A DNA stretch of 64,000 bases, taken from Phoronis australis (lineage: Eukaryota; Animalia; Phoronida). This document shows, piece after piece, positions 11,801 to 22,820 of this stretch (position 1 is the first letter of the stretch; each line of letters opens with the position of its first letter). The notes under the pieces were generated by a model. The model was not told the DNA's origin. It was given only the letters and a program-made list of their open reading frames with translations, and searched no databases. The translations under genes and the position numbers were made by a program. The DNA lies in NCBI GenBank assembly GCA_002633005.1, contig NMRA01000584.1, positions 1-64,000 on the forward strand, written 5' to 3'.

Positions 11801-14800
11801 TGTCATAGCACGCGTTTTAAAATCCCCTTTAATCCCTAGTTAGTTAAACAGTGCGAACAATAGATATTCTATTAAAACATGCAAAGTTCAAGTGTTTGCT
11901 TGGTATTCTTGAAGTAGTTAGATCCTTTGTGAAGGCATCATAAGTTGACAAAGACCGTTATATTTGTTCACCACAGCTATCACTATCCACGTCCCATGGA
12001 AAGGTCCACTTATGTGTCCCTAAAGGTTGGCAATAGAGAATTCATTGGCGAGGGTCCAAATAACAAAGCGGCTCGCCACAATGCTGCTGTGAAAGCTCTG
12101 AAAATCCTGCGTAATCTTCCTCTGCCCAGTGCCAACCACTCTACTGTAGGTGTAACTAATGTTGAACTTACTGGTAAGGTCTTAGCACAGAGTAAACAGC
12201 TTGCAAAGGTAATGACGACTGCAGAAATGACTTGCTGATAAGGTGTACAGATGATGCAGCTGAGAGACTTATTTTTGCATTGTCGTCGTTGGGTATAAAT
12301 TAACATAAATTAAGAGAATGAGGTAGTAATAAATATTCACAGGTAGTGGCATGGTTCCGAATGGACAAGGCAGTTTCCATGACAACAAGTGGAAGTGGCT
12401 CACAATGTTGTGGTTTTTGTTCTCGCAACTACCAATGTCATGAAACATGAGGAAGAGCATGTGATGTCAGAATGTGTCGCGTCATGACAAGTGTATCTGC
12501 ACAGAGATATCTAGTCAGTTTGTCGTGCCCTCTGCTGTTTTTATGGTTTGATTTCAGAACATCCAGTTTAGAGTAAGAAACTATACATTTAATACATTTA
12601 CTTAATGACGGACATGTTCGGTTATTGTTTTGTGAAGTATGTCTTATTGGAATGTATGGTATATTTCAGATTCCTCTTCTGAAGAACTAAAGTCTGAGAT
12701 AAGTCTTGTGTATGAGATTGCCCTCAAGCGCGACATGAAAGTTAACTTTGAAGTATGTAAATTTAATGTTGTTTCATTGTTACCTTATGAAAATGAGCAC
12801 TATTTGGCTCTTTATTTGGAATCGTACATATGTGGAAACTTTTGATGTTTTTTATGTTTGTTCTTGATTCTGTTACTTAGTTGTCTCATTTTATGTCTGT
12901 TAACTGTCCCTGTTCAATGCTTACTTATGTACAGCTCAAACCCCGGAATAATAATTAATAATTTTTCGTATTATTAAAGTTTAGATCACTTTTTAAACTT
13001 AAAAAAAACTCAACATTATTGTGTACGCAAAACATGTAATTAGTGAAAAATGAACTTAATAAACAATATTCATTATAGGTGACCCGTGAGTCAGGCCCAC
13101 CTCATCTTCGGTGTTTTGTCACTCGTTGTGTTGTGGGCGAGTTTGAGACGGAGGCTGAGGGAAACAGTAAAAAGTTGTCCAAGAAGAAGGCTGCCGAGGC
13201 CATGTTGGATAAACTTAAACAATTGCCGGCATTACCGACTGTGGTGGCCAAGATGAAGATGAAAGCTCCTCAGAACAAGAAGAAGAATAGAAATCTGATC
13301 AAGGTGTGTTAACTGTGTGTGACAGCACACATTAAGTGTTGTGAAGAATTAGGATTGTTATGTGGTCATTAGGCCATAGGAATTAATTATTTTCCTCGAC
13401 GTTGCAGTGAAGGTCCAGATTTTCTAACTTGAACACATTTGTTAGTTGAATTCAATGGTCTGTGTTGAGTGCCTGGCCATGTTTGTAATTGTTTAATGAT
13501 ACCACAATGGAAAAGTAAATTCGTTTTTTTTTTTTAAATGGAAGTTGTTGGCCATCATTGGTCATTCCATACTGTAGACTCAGTGAGGCTTTGAGGTATT
13601 TTGGGTCATGAATCTTTGACTAGGTACCCCAGCTTCACAAGTGAGGCATATCTAATGCTGGTTCTAGCCATCAATAGGTTCACCAGCCTTACATGTAAGG
13701 CATATCTAATGTTGGTTCTAGCCATCAATAGGTTCACCAGCCTTACATGTAAGGCATTTCCAATGCTGATTCTGTTCATGAATGTAATAATAGTTGGCAG
13801 GTTATTTGCATTAATTCCAGCACATCAAGCTGTATGCATTAATAAACACCTACTATTGACACAGGTACAAAAGGCAGCCCCTGACTATGGTAATGGAATC
13901 AACCCAATCAGTCGACTGATACAGATTCAACAGGCCAAAAAGGAGAAAGAACCTGCCTACGTTTTATTGGCTGAGAAAGGGTTGCCAAGACGACGCGAGT
14001 TTGTTATGCAGGTTAGGCACATGTTAACCAAATGATTGTACAACTGAAGAATATTAATGGCAGCCTTACCGTTATTAACAAAATAACAGTCACTGCTTTA
14101 TGAGCATCTAAAACACACATCCACTCATCTAAAGTCACCTAAAACTGAGTACAATTTTTGATTTTCAGTGATTATAATGAAGTGATGTGTAATGCGTGAA
14201 ACAGTGGGTTACACTGATTATAATGACGCAAAATGAACTGCAGGTAACAATGGATTAAACTGATAATAATGATGTTATATGTACCACAGGTAACAGTGGG
14301 CTCCACTGATTGCACTGGCACAGGTCCCAACAAGAGACTGGCCAAGCGCAATGCTGCTGAAAACATGTTGTCATTATTGGGTTACAGTAAACCCATGCCT
14401 CAACCTGGCAAGCCCGCAATTAAACTTGGACCGGCTGAGCAGGCAAGTACAACAAAATAGCTGTGCACGTTGTTTGGAATTATGGTCCACATTTGATCTA
14501 TATTGTTGTAAAAACAAACCTGGCCTTTAGTGTTGAGGTGGTTCAAATTGATTATACTATGTTACCTTGTCCTTATTCTTGCAGGGTACTAGCGACAAAA
14601 AGGTGAAGTTTAGTGACCAAGACTCAGGTAAGTGCAATGAAAATGGTAGTTATGTAGCTCCTTGACATTGGTTGTGTTCTTGAATGAAATGGCATTGGGA
14701 TGTATGTACATCCTGTGTGACTGTACACATGTTTACTGTAGGATTACTGTGAACCTTGAATGACCACCTCCTGAAATACCACAGCACCTCTCTGGTTGTG

Positions 14801-17800
14801 CACTATTTACCTGTAGGACGGTCATCAGCTCGCAAACATCCAGTGACATCACAGATAGGGGACTTGCAAACAACATGAGGAAAAACAACACTTGTCATAA
14901 TTATAGAAATCATAATTATAGAAATCATGAGATGACTGCGTTTTGTGAGTACAGCAAAGCAACCCTCGTAAAGAATAAAAAATGAAAGTGAGCTTCAAAA
15001 TACATGGTGAGTCTCTGTTGACAAGGATGTTTTACTTTGACAGGTGCTGGTGATGGTCATGGTCACAGACAGATTGTTCCTGGTATCTTGGTTATGAAAG
15101 ATGGTATACAACAGAATAACCACAGCCAAGGTGAGGCTTCAGTGTTCCTACCAGTTTGCACTCTCACTCAACTTGTGCCAGGGTGCATACTAAACCAGAT
15201 AGAAGGGATGAATTTGGTGCTTGTTTGCTTTAGTTCAGAGCTGTTTGTGATCGTGGTTTCTGCAATTATTCCTGCGAAAAAAACCTAAACTTTCTGATGC
15301 ACAAAAAAATTAAAATTCAATTATGTGTAATAGGAATATGCTGCGTAGACAATAAAATCTTTATGGGAAAGGAAGGCACTTGAAATAAATAGCAGTGGTC
15401 AATTGGGTTTAAACCAGATAAACAATTTCAACGATCCATAAGTTACTGGTGGATTAATTACTCGTGGAATATTACTGAGTATTATTAGATAGAACTTGAA
15501 TGCTTGTTTTATTTCTGAAATCGTGAAACAAGATTTGTTATACTTGGAACGTTCTAACTTAAAGCACTTTTCTTTTGCAATAACTACCATCTGATTGCAA
15601 GTCTTATTATATTGTAACTACCTTGTGACTATGTGTCCAAGTAAGCTATCACATGTATTTCCTATTGTTTTGTAGGGTTCACAAGTGTGCGGCTTTTACA
15701 CTGGCCCAAATTTTGACAGCCTACATTATAAATTTGTAGTAGGTTTCAGACAAAATGAGCCAAATTCAGCAGGCTGATGTCAGCCAGTAGGGAATATGAC
15801 ATCCATGAGATTACTTATTAATAAGATTATCAAATATAGGTCAAAGTTGTTGAATTGGCATGAGAATAGATATTCACACTCATGAGAATAGATATTCACA
15901 CTCATGTTGTAAAATTCAATAGGATTTTGTTGAAAGAAACCATGACAGCTGGGGTCTTCATGTTAAAAACCTGGAAGCAGGATTGGGTTTGGCGTTGTAT
16001 GGGTCAGTCAAAGAGTTGGAAACAATTGGTTATCAGCGAATTTAAATAAAAGTATAGGTGTAGATGAACAACAATGGCTGGATGAAATATCATCTCATTC
16101 TAGAAGAAAATGCCAGATGTTTAGATAAAATTTAATATCAGCTCTTGCACGTTTTATGCGCCCACATATTTATATGTGGACGCATTATGCCGTCATCTCC
16201 GTCCGTCCGTCCGTCCAGGCGGCATCCGTCCGGCGTCCGCTGCTCTAACTCCAAAACCCTTTGACATATGTTCATGAAATTTGGCAAATATGTTCCATTC
16301 ATGAATGGGACGGCATGAGCGAACTTTCGGACAGATTCGACTACCGGTGTGCCCCCCAGTGGCAATTTTAGTTTTGTCGCTTATCTTTGTATCTTCAAAA
16401 GTCCTGAACGGATTTTCATGAAATTTGGTATGTTATCGGATGGATTCGACGTAGTTTACGCCACCTAGTGGCCATTTTTAGTGTTTTCAAGTTTTTTTTG
16501 CGTCCACCCCTCTATCAGCCAAACCGCTCATAGGATGATTGTGAAAATTGGCATGTATGTGCTTACTATGAAGAGGGCAGTTAACGATAATTTTCCGACG
16601 ATTTTGACTACTGTGGCGCCTCCTAGTGGCAGTTTTTTTTTTGNTCAACGATCCATAAGTTACTGGTGGATTAATTACTCGTGGAATATTACTGAGTATT
16701 ATTAGATAGAACTTGAATGCTTGTTTTATTTCTGAAATCGTGAAACAAGATTTGTTATACTTGGAACGTTCTAACTTAAAGCATTTTTCTTTTGCAATAA
16801 CTACCATCTGATTGTAAGTCTTATTATATTGTAACTACCTTGTGACTATGTGTCCAAGTAAGCTATCACTTACTATTGTCATGTATCTCCTATTGTTTTG
16901 TAGGGTTCACAAGTGTGCGGCTTTTACACTGGCCCAAATTTTGACAGCCTACATTATAAATTTTGTAAATTTGTAGTAGGTTTCAGACAAAATGAGCCAA
17001 ATTCAGCAGGCTGATGTCAGCCAGTAGGGAATATGACATCCATGAGATTACTTAAGATTATCAAATATAGGTCAAAGTTGTTGAATTGGCATGAGAATAG
17101 ATATTCACACTCATGAGAATAGATATTCACACTCATGTTGTAAAATTCAATAGGATTTTGTTGAAAGAAATCATGACAGCTGGGGTCTTCATGTTAAAAA
17201 CCTGGAAGCAGGATTGGGTTTGGCGTTTTATGGGTCAGTCAAAGAGTTGGAAACAATTGGTTATCAGCGAATTTAAATAAAAGTATAGGCGTAGATGAAC
17301 AACAATGGCTGTATGAAATATCATCTCTTAAAGTGTTTAATAAAAATATACTCATTCTAGAAGAAAATGCCAGATGTTTAGATAGAATTTGTTAATATCA
17401 GCTCTTGCACATTTTTATGCGCCCACATGTTTATATGTGGACGCATTGTTCCATCATCTCCGTCTGTCCGGACGGCGTCCGTCTGGCATCCGCTGCTCTA
17501 TCTCCAAAACCCTTTTGACATACGTTCATGAAATTCTCACATATGTTCCATTTATGAATGGGACGGCATGAGCGAACTTTCGGACAGATCCGACTACCTG
17601 TGTGCCCCCTAGTGGCAATTTTAGTTTTTTACGCGCGCTTACCTTTGTATCTTCAAAAGTCCTGAACCGATTTTCATGAAATTTGGTATGTAGGCACCTA
17701 TTAGTGAGATGACGCTATCCTTCCGTTTTCTAATGGATTCAACGTAGTTTGCGCCACCTAGTGGGCATTTTCCCCTCTATCAACCAAACTGCTCAAAGGA

Positions 17801-20800
17801 TGATTGTGAAAATTGGCATGTATGTGCTTACTATGAAGAGGACGGTTGACGATGATTTTCCGACGATTTCGACTACTGTGGCGCAACTAGTGGCAGTTTT
17901 TTTTGTGCCTATGGCTGTATCTCCTAAACCGTTCGCAGGATCTTTACGAAATTTAGTCAGTATATTTATATGATGTGAGCAACGGACGACGACGACTTTT
18001 GGACAGATTCGACTACCGGTATGCCCCCTGGTGGCAATTTTATTTTTTTTACGTTTATCTTTGTATCTTCAAAAGTCCTCAACAGATTTTCATGAAATTT
18101 AATATGTAGGCACCTATTAGTGAGGTGACGCTATCCTCCCGTTTTCAGATGGATTCGACGTAGTTTGCGCCACCTAGTTTTCGAGTCTTTTTTTTGCGTC
18201 CACCCCTCTATCAACCAAACCGCTCAAAGGATGATTGTGAAAATTGGCAGATATGTGCTTGCTGTAAAGAGGACGGTTGACAATGATTTTCTGACGATTT
18301 CGACTACTGTGGGGCCTCCTAGTGGCAGTTTTGTTTTTGTTGCGCCTATGGCTGTATCTCCCTAAACCGTTCGCAGGATCTTTACTTAATTTAGCAAGTA
18401 TATTTATATGATGTTGACTACGGATGACGACGACTTTCGGACAGATCGGACTACTGCTGTGCCCCTAGTGGCAATTTTAGTTTTTTTACGTTTAACTTAG
18501 TATCTTCAAAGGTCCTCAACAGATTTTCATAAAATTTTAAACATAGGCATCTATTGGTGTGATGACGCTATCTTCCTGTTTTTGGATGGAATCGAGGTAT
18601 TTTGCACCACCTAGTGGCCATTTTTGCTGTTTTCAAATCTTGTTTTTGGTGTCCCCCCTGTGTCAACCAAATCATTTGAAAATTGGCATGTATGTTCTCA
18701 GTGTGAAGACGACCTTTATTAATGGTGACTGACTACTATTGCGCCTCCTAGTGGTAGTTTTGTTTTGCGCCCATTGTTGTATCTCTTAAACCCACTGCAG
18801 GATCTTTACTAAATTTAGTAAGTGTATTTATATGAAGATAACAACAGACGACGACTTTCAGGCAGATCCAACGGACACTGTGCCCACTAGTAGCAATTTC
18901 ATTTTATTCTGTTTTCCTGTGTTTCTCTGAAGTTCCTTGACAGATTTTTATGAAATATGGCATTTTCCTGTTTTTGGATGGATTGTATGTTTTTGCGTCA
19001 TCTAGGCCATTTTTATGATACAAATAAATAACCCTAAAAGAACACCATATGCAGTGCATTCGTGGGCGCATTTCAACGCTCCACATTGCTCTTGTATGTG
19101 CTCAAATCATAAATTGAAAATCGAAACTGACATACACTTGTGTGTAGCCAGAGAAATCGGCCTTTGTGCTCTGTATGTACTGACGATATTGAAGATGAAA
19201 GACGTGCTTAAATAATGTACAGAAGTGTATGAAGGTCTTAGATGAAAGTTAGAAGATATTTTTCATAACATTAGAAACTTAATGGAGATACCTTCTTTTA
19301 TTCGATGATCTCCTGCAATGTTTAGATCTAAACTCTCTTCATTCACCAGGTTTTTATTTTACATAGTTTATCCAATCCCCTGTATTATGTCACGTTCCTT
19401 TTTCATGTTAATTACTCACTCGTAATTGCTGCATGTACAATGTGTATATGAACTGCAGGCCTTGTTGCTGAACATAAACTACTGTATTGTAGTCTCTCCA
19501 CGCCCTGTGCGCGGCTCTGTCTCCAATACAGTGGCCACTATTGCCAAGGAACTCCTGGACACTGGGTTATCACCAACAGCTGAAGCGTACTCAAAAACTG
19601 GTGCTTCAATCACCACAGCTCACTCTGTTGTCAGCCCACAAAATCAACTCCGTTACCTCGCTGATGTGATGGGTTTCAACGTGCAATTCACAGACTTTCC
19701 CAAGGTAGGTTTACAACGTATAAGAGAGCAACGCATTCAATTTGATATAATAATGTGTTTACAGGAGTAATTCCTGTGGTTCACAAGCAACGTACTGGCA
19801 GTGGGAGGGAGAAGGCTCTTGAAATAAGATATGGAGAAAGGTTGAGTTCAGAACCACAAAAAATTAGCAGTTGTAAAAATTCTGATGCTGGTTTTTGTCT
19901 TTGATCCATGTTTGTCATTGTGTTTAGTAGGTCAATTAAGATTCTTATCTCAAGATGTAAATACCCCTGTAGTAAGCAGTGGGTGCTTGGATGTGTACAT
20001 GTTGACTTCGTGGGGACTTCGGATGTTCACAAGGTAGCCAAACAAAATCCGAGGTTGACAAATTTAGCCATTTTATGAGTGCTACATGAAAAACTGTTTT
20101 TCATGATTCAAACAAACAAAATAAAGCGCTGTTTGACTGTTTAAGGGCATCTGAAGTTTTTGGTTGGCTGGCCCACCTGAAAACGTATGCAAATTCAAAT
20201 AATTAAAGTAGCCAAACCTAATTTAAAAATATAGGTCGTTGTAGTTACAGTAAATGTACAGTACCGTGCCCCCGCCTAGTGTTTTTGCCATAACAGCTCT
20301 GAATATCCTTAGAAACACGCTATATCATGGTCTTGTCTGCATGTTATAAGCATGTGACATGGTTATTGAACTAGATTGCAAAGTTCCTACATACGATTTG
20401 GTTCCTTTCAGGGAAACACCAAGAACGAGTTCTTTTCTGTCGTCTCTCTGTCAACCACCCCTCCCCAGTTCAACCATGGGCCTGGACCAACGTTAGAGGC
20501 TTCCCGTGATACAGCAGCTCTCACCGCACTGAAGGCACTGGCAGAGATGGGTCTAGAGTCAGCTCTCAGTACTTTGAAGACTGAAGGAGACTCTTTAGCT
20601 GCAGGCGACGGGTGAGTTGGCCGCAGCTCTTGCTATACTGTATCTCAATCTAAACCAAGCAACTGCTTTGTGCTCTTTTATTCATCTCTAGTACACATAT
20701 TCTGGCTTGTTATGCCTGGAATTTTTACTGCCTTGGAGCTGAACGACAAATGTTAGTGACCCAGCCAAGTCAGCTTTCCTACTTTTTCACACTTATACTC

Positions 20801-21070
20801 TCGGTCAAATGCAGTCCACTAATGGCTGTCACACTCTGTGAAGGTTGGGATTTTGACATTGTATTTGATGTACGTGACTTAACTTGCACCAAGTTACTGT
20901 GGGCCAACCTTACTCACTTGAGAAGAATATTGTTGAAATAGTCTCACAATATTCAGAGTTGGTAAGATGATATATTGTCAGTCTTGACTCTGTGAAGTCT
21001 TTGTTTTGACAACAGGTTACATGTTGGTGAAGTCAGCGCAGGATTGGAGCTGACCTCGACAGAGGGCTGA
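8806..21070 (+). CDS. stau: Double-stranded RNA-binding protein Staufen (dsRBD1-5 plus Staufen-swapping motif); one exon apparently missing from the assembly
   Basis: Exons: 8806-8851, 9099-9221, 10382-10473 ([21 protein letters not shown]), 11153-11354 ([18 protein letters not shown]), 11977-12173, 12670-12752 ([14 protein letters not shown]), 13079-13303 ([17 protein letters not shown]), 13865-14011 ([19 protein letters not shown]), 14290-14442, 14585-14627 (KKVKF), 15044-15130, 19493-19704 (TIAKELL..SPTAE; QLRYLA..FTDFPK), 20412-20611, 21016-21070 (stop). The first two coding exons rest only on splice signals and phase. Confidence 0.95.
13640..13770. repeat. 60-bp tandem duplication (~2.2 copies) in a staufen intron
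   Basis: ggcatatctaatg..ggttctagccatcaataggttcaccagccttacatgtaa repeated directly. Confidence 0.8.
15428..17900. repeat. ~1.2-kb near-identical direct duplication (15428-16643 versus 16645 to ~17900) joined by a single N; probable uncollapsed haplotypes
   Basis: Sequence after N16644 (tcaacgatccataagttactgg...) restarts the sequence seen at 15428. The copies differ by SNPs and small indels. Confidence 0.85.
16152..19095 (+). mobile_element. Non-autonomous Helentron/DINE-1-like (HINE) element with central tandem repeats; two heads because of the duplication (about 16152 and 17412)
   Basis: Starts in a T run with subterminal IR ATGCGCCCAC, a partial inverted copy (gtggacgcat) and a (GTCC)n microsatellite. 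Then come ~140-bp tandem units in a ~420-440-bp higher-order pattern, and the closing IR GTGGGCGCAT at about 19062. This is the DINE-1/HINE architecture. Confidence 0.75.
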
Positions 21071-22635
21071 GATGTGAATTGGTGGAACACAAGGATGTCG
21101 ACATCCGATGATTACATGTGAAGACAACACGTTGTTTGGTAAACAGAGTAACAAGCTTAGTCAACTCTATGTATAACTTGCATGCGTGTTGATTTTGTTG
21201 ACAACTGCGCTATAACTCATTTTAGTTAAGAGATGACAGTGGGTTTAGATTCAACAAAAACTTTGTAAGTAAACCTCTCAAAAAGTTCGGAAATCTGTGT
21301 TCAGCTGACAATATTGTATTTAAATTGTATGGTGTCGTATACCTTGGAAAGTTGATCCTCTTAAAAACCACACTTCACATCATATTCAGCGACTCATGTG
21401 CTGCATGCGTTCGTGACTTGATTGTTAAAAACATTTTTTGGTTTTGTGTGTATGGCCACGTGAAGGAGGGAATTTGCAGAGATATGAAAGGATATACATG
21501 CAGATGCTTGGGGAATTTGAAAAAAATGGTTCTGAAAGGACGCAAAACACAATCACCATGCATTTACCAAGAATGTGACTCAAGATCTGTTTCAATTTTG
21601 GACAGATATTGCACACACCACAAACTGTAGAGACTGAGGAAATTGGTTAAGAAGTTTGTTGTAAACTTAAACTCAATTATTTAGTAACAAGAACAAAAGA
21701 AGAAATTTTGAGAAATTTTAACAGCAACGAAGAAAATCGAGTCCTCAGTGGAATTTTCAGATTCATGCCGCCGTCACAGTATCTCGCCATTCTTGTCTAC
21801 CAGCCGTAGTCAGGAGCCAAGTGTCCAAGAGCATCTCAAAGTCATGTGACAGTGACTAATGGTATTGTTTGAATGAAGAAAACGTGATGATGACCACTAA
21901 TGTGCAATTTCATGACAAAATAGTGAAAACTTGAACATGGATATGCCTCATTAACAAAACCCAAAGTTGCAATCTTCACTTTCTAATCCAAGTAGTACGA
22001 TTTGAAAGAGGAATAAATGAACTTTTGGATGGCATGCAACACTGCAATTAGTTAATAGGCAAACTTTTTTAGAGGTTTACAAACTTAATTGCAACCTAGA
22101 TACTGTCTTTTATGAGCTTATGCTTTCCAGTGTAAATCTTCGTCGTTTTGTGAACATGTACTACTCTGCACACATGGTGGTCATTTTACTGTTCAATGGA
22201 AACTCACTCAACAGATTGTTGTCAGTTACTTCATCTCCAAATCAATTCTTTCAAGTTTTAGAACAACACCTTAGTGCACCATTGGCGATATATTATGATT
22301 TTATGTCTGTGCTGCGTGGTTATAGCTCAGTGGTTTTAAGTGGTTAATGTATTTTACGTTATTGTTTACAGTTGTCTTCATGTCTCATCATAAACTGTCT
22401 TTATTGTTAGTGTTTCCATAGTGACACATATGGAAAGCATGGCCTATTTTCTATGTTCACTATTGATGTCCACTCGCTTACTGAGGGAAGACATGTATAA
22501 GTTTTGTTTTGTTGTTGCTTCTACAGAATTTACCCAACATTATCCCCAGTTTTATACAAACGCATGAAACTGAAAAGGGATGTCAAGATGTGTGGTAAAT
22601 TTGTTTAGCTTTTATATGTAGTTCCTCTGTATTTC

Positions 22636-22677
22636 AATAAAAGTTACATAGTTACGTTAATTCAACAACTGTTTATT
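22636..22677. terminator. Convergent polyadenylation signals of staufen (+, AATAAA 22636-22641) and ADRM1 (-, AATAAA at 22672-22677)
   Basis: Canonical hexamers on opposite strands 30 bp apart, between the staufen stop (21070) and the ADRM1 stop (22821). Use of these sites is inferred. Confidence 0.5.
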
Positions 22678-22820
22678 TCATGTAGTCAAGTGACTAAGCT
22701 TAATAGTCACGTCTAACAATGCTCAACATTAAGTGGGTTTACAAATCGGCAAAAACTATTAACATTAAAGAATTATTACTGGTTGACTGCAGGTGAACGC
22801 CTCCTGTTGTTCAATCTCCG

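Noticed and set aside
15676-15716. Possible alternative staufen terminal exon after a ttttgtag acceptor
   Set aside because: It hits a stop after 13 codons, has no recognisable homology and lies in the duplicated artefact-prone segment.
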